Positions 1-15,298 are shown, numbered from the stretch's first letter. The stretch: DNA of 64,000 bases from Lytechinus pictus (GCF_037042905.1 NC_087263.1:8310001-8374000), one strand, 5' to 3'. The notes: generated from the sequence alone by a model not told the origin. Made by a program: numbers and translations.

Positions 1-94
1 TAGTGCTATCATATAAAGCAAACAGAATTGATTCCGGACTAGAAATGGCGAAGAAGAAGCATTGCTCATCTAGCCCTTTGGGCCGGATGAGTTA

Positions 95-1195
95 AAAATC
101 ATAGATCCCAATAACTTTATCAAAATTTCAGCAAAATGCAAAAAAATGTTAAAATTATACTACTAAAAATAAGGATGTTTCTAATACATTTTAAAATATT
201 TTTGGAAATTATATTTCAAAAATGTTTTGTTGAACGGTTGATGTTATTGTCATAATATTCTTACAACATTTTTAAAATGTTTATTTTACATCAAATATAA
301 CCTTACAAAAATGTTAGTAGTATTATCAAGTTTCTGAAAAAAATTATATTCATATCATCATAAAATATTGAAAAACATGTTAATGATACATTTAATTAAC
401 GCTTTTGAAAAATATTAGGATTTTTTTTTTCAAGAACGTTAAGTCAAAATGATACATAAACATATAGTTTCATAACATTTATTATCACATCCAATGTACG
501 TCCATGTATATAACATTATAAAATTGTATGTCTGTTTTGTTTCTCAACAATTTATGTTAAAATTATCAGGATGTTTCTAATATATTTTTTAAAGTTAACA
601 TTTTGGAAAACACTTGAAAACATTTTTCAAGAATGCTTTGTTGAGATGTTGTAAAACCATATTTCATATCGATCATTTCATTTCAAGTATTCTAACAACA
701 TTTTCAAAATGCTATTTTTACATCCAATTCATGTACATGTAGATGTCAATAAAATGTTATTGTGTTCCTATCAAAATGTTAATTCAATATGCAAAAACGG
801 CAAAATTATCATGTATCTAATATATTTAAGAAAATCATAACATTATCAAAAATGTTTTGTCGAAATATTTTGAAAACAAACATGACTTTTTTATCATCAT
901 CATAGTCATAACATCGAACGTTTGAAAAAAAAATATTCGCATTAATTATGTAACATTATAAAAACGTTAGAAAAATATCATTTGTGTCTTAAGAATGTTT
1001 TTTTTCATCAACTATGGGTAAAGATCTATGTCACATTAAGGAAAATATATCTGCTTGGCATCATAATATTAACGTTTATTTCATGTTTAACATCAGGGGA
1101 ATATTGTTTCATTAATGTTATACAAATGTTCTTAAAAAAATTCTTTTGAAAGCATTTCTAGGATCTTTCATGAATGTTATTATAGTTAGCTGGGT
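95..1195. repeat. AT-rich element made of degenerate aaaatgtt/aacatttt subrepeats
   Basis: Internal repeated segments (e.g. aggatgtttctaata at about 172 and 568); no coding signal. Confidence 0.5.
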
Positions 1196-2986
1196 ATGGA
1201 CATGGATGTCCATAGTATGGAATACACTGCAAACACATGCATATCAAACCATGTCCAAACCATGTATATACAAAAACCACTGACTGCCCCTTATCATGGA
1301 GGTCAGGAGGTCATTTCATGGAAGCAACAGGGTCCTGGTTTTCGTAGTCTAGTCTTATAAACTGTAATACCTATTCCACTGATGAAATCATTGGGTAAGA
1401 GGAAAAACATTTCAATAGAACAAAATGTGAATATCAAATTATCATGGTGGTATATGTCTATTCTGTTGAACATCGGTCACATCTGTGTATTTTCATCGTC
1501 CTTGGGGGTAAACTTGTATTTGAGTGGAGGCAAAAGTATGGTACAAGAGACTAGTCGTACCTGTAGGCCACTGGTCTGGTTTCCCCTGACCCTCCACTGC
1601 CCATTGACCACGATAGGGGTGGGGGCCAGGATCTGTTGATGCTGCCTGAGCCAGAGATGTTTACCAGCTGTTGCCTCCTTGTGACTGGTGTAGTCTATTT
1701 ATTCAAACTTTGATACTTGGTTCATGGGTGGAATCATTTGGCGAGAGAGAAAGGCGCTGAATAGATATTTTTAAGTGCATGAACACGGAGCCTTATGTTT
1801 ACAGTGTAAAAAAAACCCCACAACTTTGCATTTTTCACCCTGTTTGAGGTGAAGTTGTTTTGGGTAAAAATGTGTCTTGTTTGGTGTGTGAGACTAGGGC
1901 ACCTGACCCCCTACCGTGTAACTTGTTTGATTGATGCCTAGCTTTTCTGGTACAGCAAAGTTTTGTACTGGACCTTGTTGGGGAGGGAAGATGAGTGGAT
2001 TGGCGCTGATTAGAGATTGGGAGACATGTGCCCTCTATGTTAGCTTTGGGAAAAAGCACTTCCAAACAACAAGGTCCAATCTGGACTAGAGTAACACCTG
2101 TTATACCTCCGTCGAGCAATCGCTGGTTCGGTCGTCACGGAAGATTGGACTGTTTTATGAGCAGATGTTATGACCCGAATGCTTTACCAAGAACTCACAC
2201 GTGGCATCACCAGATCCCAGCTCCGTATTATAACTTTCACTATTTAGTTACTAGCCCCCCCCCCCCCCCCCCCCGCCTTCCTTTATCATAGAGCTATGGT
2301 CTCTTCACAAGTGGACTGAATGAGTATGAATCCTTCTAGATGGTGAAACTGTGCGTCCCTGTTCGGTTAATGCACCCCCCACCTTTCCCCGCTTCTTCGC
2401 GGCGTGGACTTTGTAAATACAACATGGTTTGAGCTATTGCCTAATGCACATCATATTGTGTTGTGGCGGCGGGCTGACGATGAGTCATCCCGTTTGGCGG
2501 CATTCCATTTTTTGCCACAACACATTATGATTCTTAACTTATTTTGGGCTTCCTGAGATAATAATTTTCATTTATTTAGACCAATTTCGTATATTGATAT
2601 TCCACTCCTCAGGTTATAATGTGAACGGGGCTTGGTTCGTCACCCGATTTGGATGAGGCCACCAGCGAATTCCATTTCGGAGCGAACATTAACGTCGCCT
2701 CGTTCACATTCTAGTTCAGGGTCGTTGGTGGGGCTTCTGAGCACTAGTTTCTGTTATAAAAGTTTTCCTGCATAAGCTCGTGTTGCAAACGGGAATCTCA
2801 GGAGGCTTTTACGTTTATATTTTTTATGTTTTGATTGCTGAATAATTTATTTTGGCTTTATTTGACAACATATCATTTTACATTTCGGTATACATCATTT
2901 GGAAGATGCTCTTCGGAAACAAAGTTTTTTATTAAACTCCACGGAAACTGCATTTACTCGCCTCTCGTGTATTTTGTCTGGGTTGA

Positions 2987-3410
2987 GATAATACGTATAC
3001 AGATAAATAATACGAACAGCGAATATTCACAATGAGTAGTGGAAAACATCAAAAAAAAAATGAACTGGGAGGCGACAGACCTTCACGAAGAATTCAAGCT
3101 TTTCAGACAAAGAATGGAGCTCATTCTAGCAGACCAAGATATAACTGATCGAAGAAAAATGGCTATAAAAATCAAGAATGTTGTAGCCAATGACGCTTTT
3201 CGCAAGATCACCGCATCGTAGTCTAGGCGATATGTGCAAAAAATAGGCACTTTTGCTCAGAAAATGATAATAGCATAAAACCAGGCACAATGATTCTACA
3301 ACTAATAATAATCATTTTCAGGGGTGGTGCCCACATTTTCAACACTTTCCTTAACAACGGTTGCTAGGTAAAAAAATTAGATGCATCTATTATTTCAATA
3401 TCTTGTCACT
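2987..3410 (+). repeat. Third partial copy of the block end, with a gag-like LTR-retrotransposon fragment
   Basis: MNWEATDLHEEFKLFRQRMEL-encoding segment, also at about 7575 and 63428; the gag assignment is from memory of Gypsy gag N-termini. Confidence 0.6.
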
Positions 3411-3544
3411 TTTGACAGAGTATACTTGAAACATTAATCATCCCTAAAGTGTAAAAATTAAAATTTCGACATTGAGAAGATTTTTAGCATTTTACCCATT
3501 TTCTCAAGTTGGTATCGAGTGATTTCTGTCTGATTTGGACATGA

Positions 3545-5320
3545 CGAGTCACATATATTCAATTTATCTCTCACAAATTGAATTTTCCCGGATCAACTTA
3601 AAATTGCAAAAATTATTCCCATATACAAAAAAGAAGACCCTTGCCAAATCGCCAACTACCGCCCTTTTTCATTATTACCAAGCATATCCAAAATACTTGA
3701 AAAAATTATTTAAAAACGACTATATTCTTTTTTGGACACAAATAAATTATTAATTCCTAATCAATACGGTTTCAGGTCAAATCATTCAACTGACTATGCA
3801 ATTTTACAACTATACGATAAAATAACTTTAACTTAAAAAAAAGAGCACACTGTCGGGGTTTTCATGGATCTATCGAAATCATTCGATACTATCGATCATC
3901 ATATACTGTTGAATAAATTAAAAACATATGGAATCAGAGGGATTGTTTCATCATGGTTTATAGATTATCTATACAATAGATATCAATATGTTAATTTCAA
4001 CTCTAAGTCTTCTGAAGTTTGTAATGTAAAGTGTGGAGTACCACAGGGTTCTATCATAGGCCCTTTGTTATTTTTAATTTATATGAATGATATAATCAAT
4101 GCTTCACCCTTACTTATGTTCTTTTCGCAGATGATACCAATGTATTTTTTTCACACAGTAACTTAGACACGCTTGTAGCAGTACTCAATAATGAATTAAA
4201 TAAATTGTTCATGTGGTTTAAATCAAATAAACTCTCCTTAAACATTAACAAAACAAATTTCATGTACTTTAAACACATCAATTCTAAGCATATATTTCAT
4301 GGCTCCATTAACATTGATAACATCCATCTTGCTGAAAAACAAGAAACGAAATATTTAGGCGTATTAATTGACTCTAATTTAACTTGGAATACCCACATTC
4401 GTTATATTAGCACACTTGTTGCCAAATGTATTGGCATACTATTCAAACTGAAATATTGTCTTTCCCAAAGATCACTATTTATGCTTTACAATTATTTTAT
4501 TTTTTCACATATATCATATTGCAACATATTGTGGGGTAATTGCAACAAAACGAAAATAGACTCAATTCTACGCCTCCAAAAGAAAGCACTCCGCATTTGA
4601 TCCCACTCGCAATTTTTAGCACATACTGATCCTATTTTTCGGAACCTGAAAACATTAAAAATTCATGACATTCATACTTTCCAAACTGCCATTTTCATGT
4701 ACAAGTTCTCAACTAAATCTATACCTACACCCTTTTAAGATATTTTTGTTTACAACAGCAACATTCATTTATATTCTACACGCCACCCATCCAACATCCA
4801 CCTCACAAACCCGATAACAATATTAGCACATAAAACAATCAGCATCACGGCCCAGACATCTGGAATGATTTGCCCAATGATAATAAACTCACTGCATCTA
4901 TATTTTCTTTTAAAGCTTCATTGAAAAAAATATCTTTTATCGAAGTATTCTTAAATATCACACCTGCACGTTCACCCACTTGCACACACACGCACACTTC
5001 ATTTCTTAATTTTTCTTCTTTCTCCTTTTCTGATGATTTGTGACGTAAGATTTTCTTCCAGACCTAGACCTATAGAATGATTGGTTTCCATGTAGCCCCT
5101 TTCCCCCTTTGGCTGCTATTACTCAAGCATTTTTTTTTGGCGTATATAGTTTGCCACTGCATTTGTTTTTCACTACTTTGTCTTATCCTTAAATAATTAT
5201 TGTATTCATGTCTAAATTTTGTTATGACACTACTATAAAACTGTCACATTACAATGTACTTTCATGTCATACTACGATTATGTTTATGTATTGTAAATTT
5301 ATTTTGACTTTACAATAAAT
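3545..5320 (+). mobile_element. Decayed 5'-truncated non-LTR retrotransposon (CR1/L2-like RT) with 3' UTR
   Basis: Frameshifted RT pieces: FPDQLKIAKIIPIYKK..NYRP, DLSKSFDTIDH, GVPQGSIIGPLLFLIYMND, KYLGVLID, LQKKALRI. Confidence 0.9.
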
Positions 5321-5332
5321 GCAGAAACTCCT

Positions 5333-7785
5333 GCAAATCTTGGTGTCTCCCTTTTTGACTCAGTGTGGAGCGTTGTGGCCCAGTGGATCAGTCTCGGGAA
5401 TCTGAAACAGAGGGTCGTTGGTTCGAATCCCAGCCGTGGCGTAAATTCCTTTGGCAAGAAATTTATCCACATCGTGCTGCACTCGACCCAGGTAACGTTA
5501 ATGGGTACCCGGTGGAATTAATTCCTTGAACGCTATTTATATGGCGGCTCAGCTACAGCCGGGGTAATAATATGATACCAAGTATATGCACATAGTAACT
5601 GCGCTATATAAATTGATATACAATTATTATGATATTGTTTTAATTTACACTTTCATTTTCATTCTGTTACCTATTCGCACTTTTACATATTGAAAATTAC
5701 CATTTGACTTTATTGTATCGATTCTGTTCCAAGCCTTTCCGGGGAGTTTCATGAGTCATCTAGTCAGTGATGTTAACCGACTAATTAGTTCTGAGCCAAT
5801 CAGATACAAGGATATCAGTAGCTTATGACAGTTAGCACTAAATAATTCCTTCATGGAAATGCTCCCCATATTTAGTTTGAAGGCATTTGAAGATTAAAGA
5901 AAAACGTTGACATTTCCATTATAGGACGAACTTAGACGACACTTTCGTTAATCGTTTTAATGTTGATGTTAGCCTATTTCTGTAATCAAATACCCATCCC
6001 TGCCACTTACTTTCTTTTGTTGCATATAGTTTTAACAAAATTATAATGCCACACCAATATTCTAGATTTGTTCATATATACATATATAATATAATATATA
6101 TATATATACATAATATATGAACGATTCAAGAATCTTATCTCTTTTATGAATAACATTTATCCTAAGCTTCTGTTTTTATCGTTGTTATTTTTTGTACACT
6201 TGTATGTGTCAAATTTCGGGGGTTTTCGGCGTACATTAGACTATATTAGCTAAAATGTGTTTTTATTATTCTTATAGACTTTGGCCTTTGTTACGATATG
6301 CGATATCAGTATCGATGTCTACACCACTGAATAAAAAAAATCAACTTGCTACCATGGCCGCTTTACGTGTGTGAATAAACCACCTGGGACCCGTTTCATA
6401 AAGGACTTGCAACTGTTGTAACTTTGCCTTTTTGGAAACTACTATGGAAACCTTGATTATGATTGGCTGCTGAGCCCTGTTACCATGGTAGTTGCCATTA
6501 TGGCAAAGTTACAACAGTTACAGGTCTTTTTTTAAACGACCCCTGCTATGTATACGTTACTTCACAACAAGTGTCCAAGCCTCTTCTGTTATGTTGCCTA
6601 CACTATACTGATACATGGTGACAGCGGTAACAATTTGGAAGTCTAAGAGATGACGAAGGGAAGACATCAACCAGTGTTGCACTGTAAAAAATATTGGGTA
6701 CATTTTTTACCACCACGATGGTAATTATGTATCCAACCAATTTTGGGCAGTATTTTTACCCATTTCGGGAAGCATATTGTCGAGTAAGGTTAAGAAATAA
6801 GCAGCAATTACTTTAGAATGGGCAAAATTTTCATCACACTGGGTAAATAAAAATGCCCAAAAGAAATGCCCAATGTTGGTTGGATACATAATTACCCTCA
6901 TGTAGCATATTTACCCAATATGTTTTAGAGTGTAAGAGGTATTTGCATGAAATGTTAACTTCTGCATGCCTCACTAACGGTGGTTTTCACAATTACTCGT
7001 GCGATCGTTTGCGATCACTTGGTCGCAATATACATGTTTGTTGCACAGAATCGCAACGGTTGTAATGTGTCGCACCGCCATTGTGAAAGGGGCTTAACTC
7101 ACAGTCTGGTAAAGCCGAATATAAATGGAATGTCGTATGCATAACATGAACCGCCAATCGTCGCTGTGTGCGGAGAGCGATCGTAACAAATAGTCTGAAT
7201 AAGATTTATTTTTTACTGTGTTAAAAAAGAGATGTGCATCAGAAGACCAACAAACACTAAAAGCCGATAAAACCTAAATTACTTCAATTTCTGGAAGTGT
7301 GAACAATGGATGAGTATTTTTTTTTTATATTAATTGTAAAATCTGGTGTGTGAGAAGTAAGTGGGAGTGAGCAGCATTTTTGCTTCATAAAACAATGACA
7401 TTCACATAGTAGGGGTATGAGTGCGTTACAGGTATCCTCATTAGACACCAGTTGACCTGTGACTATGCATAAGGAGCGTTCACACGTGGATAAATATAAC
7501 ATAAATACATGTATCTCCATCATAATACGTATACAAAGATGAATAATACGAACAGCAAATATTCATAATGAGTAGTGGAAAACATCCAGAAAATGAACTG
7601 GGAGGCGACAAATCTACACAAAGAATTCAAGCTTTTCAGACAAAGAATGGAGCTTTTTCTAGCAGACCAAGACATAACTGATCCAAGAAAAATGGCTTTA
7701 AACAACAAGACTGATTTAGGCAATATGCTTTCGCAGGTTGTAGGGACAAAATTAGATGCATCTATTCTTTCAATATCTTGTCACT
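5333..7785 (+). repeat. Duplicated composite block, copy 1
   Basis: Colinear and highly similar to 61579..64000; carries about 400 extra bp at 6591..6997. Confidence 0.92.
5366..5625 (+). mobile_element. tRNA-derived SINE
   Basis: A box TGGCCCAGTGG and B box GGTTCGAATCC followed by a non-tRNA body; second copy at 61614. Confidence 0.8.
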
Positions 7786-7795
7786 GTGAACTTTG

Positions 7796-7840
7796 TATCC
7801 CTGATGAAGACGTTAGGTTTGCGTCGAAAATTTTGAGAAT
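7796..7840 (+). ncRNA. Degenerate Penelope-type hammerhead motif in a ~170-bp fragment ending in (TA)n
   Basis: CUGAUGA-A-GACG(9 nt)CGUC-GAAA-AUUU; weak stem I. Confidence 0.4.
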
Positions 7841-10800
7841 ACTTGGAAATAAACTTTCTTGGAACTACAATGCATTACCTCTTTGTCTCTTTTATCTCAT
7901 TTGTGTCCAACACGCGGAATGTACGATCGTCTTATATTATATATATATATATATATATACTAAAACAAAATACAAAGGTCAAAAGTCATTTAGGTTCGAT
8001 GAAGTTATTTGTTAATTATCATATGATTGGTGTTATTTGTGAATACTTATTCATCTATTCAAAGACAGCACTCCGGGCCCCTTATATTGAATAGCGTAAT
8101 GCGGACAAGACTGCCAGAGTCGGTCCACTTGTTTTCTTGGTCGTGACTTTCTGAGGGGTCTATGCCCACACCCCCCCCCCCCTCTATATCATCAGTAGGC
8201 CTTATGTCATTGTGAATTTCGCTTGAAATATAGGGTACGCCGTTGTACTAAACTACCCCCCCCCCCCCCCGGTGCCGGTTGCAAAGGAAACTAGAAACAT
8301 AACTGAAGGCGATTAATGTCAGGTTCCAAAACCAGTATCTATGGTAACGGTTACCGCATGAATTTTGGAAATGGGTGTTTCTTAATTGGGTACCATTCTA
8401 TCGACCTGTTTTTAAGGAGAAGTTCGCCCTGACGAAAAGTTGTTGTAAAAATAGCAGAAAAAATATATTGGTGAAGATTACGAAGGTTAATAAGTCAAGA
8501 CGTCCAAGAATACCTTATTTTGAATTCCCAAAGGAGTGCTCACATCAACGGCGTCAGAATCAAAAATCTTTTTCATGTCCTCACTAATAACGTCCGTCTT
8601 GTGCTTTACGAAGCCTTTTCCTTCCTTCTTAAGTTTCCCCATTTGAAGATTGTTTGGTTTTCCAGGAACTTGTCAGCCTTTAGAATAAACTACTTCCCTC
8701 TCGGACTGAAAATGTCGCTGGAGTCTATATCTGATTGAAATCATGGATTTTCGTGTATACAATGTACCATCAGCTCGCTTCAGTCCAGCTTAAACCGACT
8801 GAGGAATTGTTCTGGGCCTGGAACCCCTAGCTCCTCAATCGACGTCGATGTACACTTCGAAAATGCTTATAATAATTAGTCGGGTCGCGTGCGTGTGCGA
8901 AATCACTCGGGTTTGGGAGTTCGATGCGAAATTTTTGCTAACAGTGTCTTCAATGGGACAAACACGCTGAGAAAATAGAATGAAATTGAAATTCGAGTTT
9001 CGTTCTAAGCCGGCAAGTGCCTTAAATAAAATGTACTGGACTACTGTTTTAACATAACAAACAAGCGAATTTTGACTACTCTTAACATAATAACATTTCA
9101 CATATTTGACCTGATTTCTGTTGAATGTGGTGTACATCTTACATCGGTATCTCCCATTTACTTCAACATGTGACAGCGATGGAATTCGTGCAATACATTT
9201 GTGTTCGAAATCAAATTGAATTCTTGCAATACATTGACTCTCGTTACCAGAGAGGGAATTCGTGCATTACATTTGCGTTAAAAATCACAATGATTTCTTG
9301 CAATACATTAACCCACGAAATCAGAAATGAATTATCAATAAATTATAAAGAAATGAATTCTTGATATAAAAAACGATTTTATGTGGTTAATAAATGGAAA
9401 TTCTTGATATCAAGAAATTTAATTGTTGATATTAGAAAATGTAAATAAATTCTAAAACGGCTTGCCATATGATCGTGGCAATATATACCAGATTACGTAA
9501 TTGCAAGAATAGGGCGATTAAGCAATCAGAAGCCTTCTTATACAATCCATCTTATATAGAAATTACATTTAAATTCTCCTTTTGAATGAGTTCAATATTA
9601 GACTTTCTTTCTTTTTTATGTAAAAACCTCGCGCGATGTTTCACGACTTTTTAAAACAAAAACATATCATTGTTTTACATTAAGTATTATTACAACAAAA
9701 AGTAGGCGCATAAGTTTTCTTTCTTCCATGGAAGATAGTCGGCGTGAATATTTATATTATAAACGATAACATATTTATTCTCTCTAGCGCATCCTTGAAT
9801 GACAGATAATGAAAATATTGACTTAGTTGCCAATATGGTTTATCCCTTGATTGCCATATGTGGAATTATGGAAAACTTGTATAAACACGGTTGGTAATTA
9901 ACGTCCAAGTATTGTGTAAACATCGCGTTCGATTTTGTTTCACTTCCTATTGATAATTCATATCCATTATGTAGCCCCGTAATACAAAATTTCATTCGAA
10001 AAAATAAAATATCATATCATTGCATGAAACGTGAAAAAACTTACACAGGGACTTTTATACCTTTATGTGCTTAGTGTCAATCGAAGAGGAATATACAGTA
10101 TATACACCAGTTCGAACTATAACACATTCAACACAGTGTGCTGATTAAAGGCTAAAATAATTTTAAAGAGATAAAGTGAAATCCGACAAGCATATTATAG
10201 TGAAATTTCATTAAATTCAGAAAAGAAATATATCTACGTTATGACATCTTTCAGTTTTGCTTTATTTTAGAGAAGCATTTTTTTCCTTGCATGTGTTCAT
10301 GAATAATAATCAACAAACTAATGTTGTCGTACCTATTATATGTAGTGTGTAAGATAATCACTGCGGCAACTTATTTTGTTGCAATGGAGGCATACATGTA
10401 TTGTACATGTATGGAAATAATATGATATGATCATGATTTTACATAATATGATAAGAGAAAGGGCAGTGGGGACATGACATCATCAGCCAATATTTTTCAT
10501 ATTCATCACAAAATAATTATGTGTGATGACAGCCAACACGCTCTTGCATAAACACATGTTAAAATTGTCATACATAGATAGTAAGGAACTGAATTGTGTT
10601 TTCCCTAAATATATTCCCTGCAGATTAACACAAAGTTTGGTGCCCCTCCCGGGAGGGAGGGGGGGGGGGCAGCCGAATCTACTCTTTAATCAGAAATTAT
10701 TCGCTGACGAAAACGAAACAAATAAACAATCAAATGGAGTGTTTTTAACCAACTGACCTTGGGGGGAATTTGCGTAGTTATTCTTTTCTTTTGCAGTATG

Positions 10801-13800
10801 ACTAATTTTTATCAACACAACCACCGGGAAATAATCCCGGATCTGTTTATTTCCTACACTTTAAAACATAAAGGGATTAACACCAAAGAAGCTTGTATTA
10901 CAGTGACTGCACTTTAGAGTACTGATTTTCTTATTCATTTTTTGAGTAAAGAATCAGCACTCTGAAGTGCAGTCACTATACAAGCTCCTTAAAGGTCAAG
11001 TCCACCCAAGAAAAAGTTTGATCTGAATAAATAGAGAAAAATCCAACTAGCCGCAAATGCTGAAAAGTTCATCAAAATCAGATGTAAAATAAGAAAGTTA
11101 TGGCATTTTAAAGTTTCACTTATAAAAAACTTATTTTTCACAAAACAGTGATATGCACAACTCAGTGACATGCAAATGAGACAGTCGGTGATGTCCCTCA
11201 CTCACTATTTATTTTGTTCTTTATTGTTTGAATTATACAATATTTCATTTTTTACAGATTTGACAATATGGACCAACTTGACTGAACCATATAGTATTAA
11301 ACAATGCTAATTCCACATGTTCGGAAGGACTTAATCGTTGTTTCACTTGACAATGAGGAGAAAATTAGAATATTTCATAATTCATATAATGAAATACAAA
11401 AGAAATAGTAAGTGGATGATGTCATCAGTCTCCTCATTTGCATACTGACCAGGATGTGCATTAACTATTTTGTGAAATTAAGCGAAACTTTAAAATGTCA
11501 TAACTTTCTTATTTTACATCCGATTTTGATGAAATTTTCAACATCTAGTTTGTATTAAAACACGCTTTACATTAAATGATTTCTTTATTTGTGTAAATCT
11601 GATTTCATTTATTTATTTCTATTTCGGAAAAAATGAATAGATAGTCAGCATAGTAAGAAATGGTATTCAATCAATTAATCAAAACTTTCTTTCACGATAT
11701 AAACTTTCTGATATGTTCGAACAGTGCCAGTTAGGTTAGGCATTTTCATACACGATGTGATTGATAATCGCTTGCCTTGTATATACAATTTTGATCATTT
11801 ATTATTCCAATGACCATCGCAAAATACCAGAACCAAAGATACACTAATTGCACGCTCAAGCAAACTAGTGCGGTAGAAGTCTCGGGAGAACATAAAACTA
11901 ATGTGTGGAAACTGTCAATTTATTTTCTGGTCTTGTAGTCACGTGATATGATAATGACAAGATTTATCACCATTTTTGAAAGGGGCAACATTTTTTTTTG
12001 TAAGGGAAAGTATTTTAGAGATTTTTTTAAAGATGTTTTTATTGTAATATCTCAAATCAAAATACACTTTCACCTTTCATTCAAAAGTTGTATAAATTAT
12101 TTGAAACATGATAAGAAATTGTACATTAAATCCATATCCCATATAAGTATACAAATTATACATCAAACTTCAGAGATACCGGAAATTAATACTGATGTTT
12201 CAACAATTATAAAATGAAATGTTAACAAGATGTTTTAATTGACATGAGAGAAAAAAAACAAAAAAATTATGTTCACCCCCCCCCCCCCCCCCACTCCCCA
12301 GGCATAGAGCACCCTCCCCGTTATGCCTGTTCTACATTGAAGTGAATCAAATTCCCCGTATTATATTTGTCTGCAAAAAAAAAAAAGAACGAATATGTGT
12401 TTTTGTTTTTTATTTGTGGTTTTGTATTTCGCTGTATTTAGTCCTCTGACTCTCTCTATATATTTCTTTGATTTAGATTTTCCCATTTCCTTAAATGTAA
12501 AGACATTTTGCCTTTATCTAACGCCAGCATTTTTCTTCCCATTCTTCTTCTTTAAATTTCATTTTAATTTAATCAATGGTTGTGAGTGCTCCCTTTTCCC
12601 TCCCTTTGAAGATTAAATTTTTTACAAAGATTACAAAATGATTGACTAAACGTTCCTTTCCTTTCCTTCATCCTTAATTACCCATAAATTACCCATAAAT
12701 ATAAAACTAACATCTCCTTACATTATCATTCCAAACCAAACATCTCCTTAAATCATTATTTCAAACTAAACAAGCATATTTACATTCCAAAAATATATGG
12801 CGACATGCTTCCTCCTCTTTTTTACAATAACAACAAGGATACATTATATCTCTTCACAACATTTAACCTTTTTGTAAAGCATTTTCTGGGGTGTTAACTC
12901 ACGGTTATCATTGCAATTCTATACGTAAGTATTCTAAATATTTCACTTAAAAAAATTATGAACTCAATTGCCCGTATTCTGAAGTCCGCTTTACGTGAGG
13001 CCATGGTCTATAACTCCGCGTTAAATTATTGGAAGCCCACAATTTCAAAGTTGCGTTCACATTATACTAGCCATACACCTTTGCTTGGTTTTCCTCAGTG
13101 GTTTGATGATGAAGAGTCCAGTTTCCGTAATTACTCACCGCCCTTTCACACGGTAAAAAAAAAATCGTAATTTGAATGATGATTCCAGTGAAAAATAATC
13201 ATGCTAAATAATGACGAATATTTAACACATATGAAACCAAACTAGAACATGATTATAATCACGAACGCTAATCACAGACAGTCACGATTACAATAGCAAT
13301 CATCATTACAATGATGATTCAAGATTCACGTATGAAAAAGCCTGTAGTCAGTTATGGATGATGTTTCGAGTGTCAATATAGCTTTCAAATTGCATATGTA
13401 CTGTTTTAAAAATAACCAAAACTTTAAAACATGGTTGTCAATCTGGAGTTCAGATTGTGAAAAAAATCACTTTCACAAATAGTGTTGATACAAAATATCG
13501 ATGTTCTTGTATTGTTAATTCGAAATAACATTTACTTGCGCTTTCACTACTCTTCCTAAATTATCACGGCATTTTTTCAGAATTTCCAAATAAGATGTAT
13601 CATCCAACATTGAAAACATTCCGGGCGCATGATTGACTTGGCTTCTTGTTCTGCAAAGTAAATGTGTAATTTCAAAACGACAATCATAAGACTGCATGAT
13701 TATTGATACACTGTATATAACCCCTTACTCTCAATTCACATATTGTAAAAACGTTGTTTAAATTTTAAGCACGCTGTTTAATCCCGTCACTCTGACAAAA

Positions 13801-15192
13801 CATTTAAACTCTTAAACAATTGTTTAAACTTTTTCATGAACTTTATGAACTTGTATTAGACAACTTGTCTTATAATTTAAACAAATTTTATAAACCACAA
13901 CTTTTACAAACCTTAAACAACTTCCTTAAAACTTTAAACAACTTGGTACAAACTTTCTCCATTTTTTTTTACTTTAAAGTTTAAATAGCGTTTGTACAGT
14001 GTATGGATTCTGATGACCGACCTCTACACTGCTTTCAGTTTTCTAATTGCTTTAAACAACTCACTGCAAAAGAACTGGTGTTAGCTCAAGTCCAGTCAAT
14101 TGCCGGAATACATCATTTTGAATAGATTTTTGACTTGAATTTATTTATTTCAAATCATTTATTCACTTTTTAACATACAAATAAAAAAATACAATCGTTT
14201 AAGGGTTTTAGTATACCGGTTTGGTTTTTAACATCGGATGGGCACTCAAACATCATCAGCTATATGCAGGTGTAGTGTTAAAACAACACCAGTGTTATTT
14301 TACTGGTTTTAATTGTTCTAACAGTAACACTATGTTTTATTTTCGATACAGATACCAGGTTGTTGTTATATTACCAACGACATTTATGCTAGCTGATTAA
14401 GTCATATTGTGTATATGTTATAGCTTATTAGATAGGGATTAAGTTCCGGCCTTTTTCTATTTAATTCATTTTAAATTCATTTCATTTTCAACAGAGCAAA
14501 GTAAAGTGGTCGAAATGATTACAATGAACTTATACAGACAATACATGTATAAATTAAGGCATGTGCAATTATGATATTATTGTTATAGTTTGTTATGGTT
14601 ATGTCTTTTTTCATTATTCCCATTAATTTTTATTCACTTTAGCATTTTACAATTGCATCATAGAATATCTCAAGGACTACCTGGAACACTAAATTGTCAG
14701 TAATTCAGAAAGTCACAACTTCATTGAATTGTTTTCATTATTTGATCCTGGCCTTCGTTGTCCCATATATACATTTGCATGTTGCACAAAAAAGGCGAAC
14801 GTATTATTATAGTGCTAGTAATATTTGTATAAAGTGGCCTTAATTGTGTGGAATCATACACCGTGCAACATCAACAATATTTTCTGACAAAGTAATTATT
14901 GGAAAGGACACACGTGGATGAGCAGGTAGATAGCTGCATTGGGGGATATCACAACTGCTCGTTTGAGGAAGTAGAGACGGATCTAATTCCGGCTTCAAAC
15001 ATACACAGTTCCCGTCGGGAAAATGCTTAACCGGTTGCCAAACCAGTAATTTACCAATACTTTTGGAGAGTTGTATTACTATCTGACTGGCTTCGCCAGG
15101 CTATGGGAGTTTTTTAAACACGATACGGAGAAAATAGCAGCGAGAAGTGAATTTGAATATTCAGACGGTGCTAAAATTCACGCTTAGGAATT

Positions 15193-15298
15193 ATGAGGGA
15201 TTACTACACAACGTGTGGTTTTAGGAATTCACTTCTAACTCTAATATCTACGTCACAATGGATTATTCTATCGATTCTCTTTCTGATGACCGGACAAG
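15193..15298 (+). CDS. Exon 1, signal peptide
   Basis: MRDYYTTCGFRNSLLTLISTSQWIILSILFLMTGQ, hydrophobic core; donor AAG|gtagga, phase 1. Confidence 0.75.

Noticed and set aside
1380..2810. GC-richer region with short ORFs, possibly an LTR or other TE remnant
   Set aside because: No motif, terminal structure or second copy that I could verify.
3039..3221. Small standalone gene family (three MNWEAT..EFKLFRQRMEL copies)
   Set aside because: Short, with stops and frameshifts, and lying within duplicated blocks; better explained as a decayed gag-like fragment.
5366..5440. tRNA gene
   Set aside because: A and B boxes are present, but the cloverleaf is poor and the sequence continues into a repeated SINE body.
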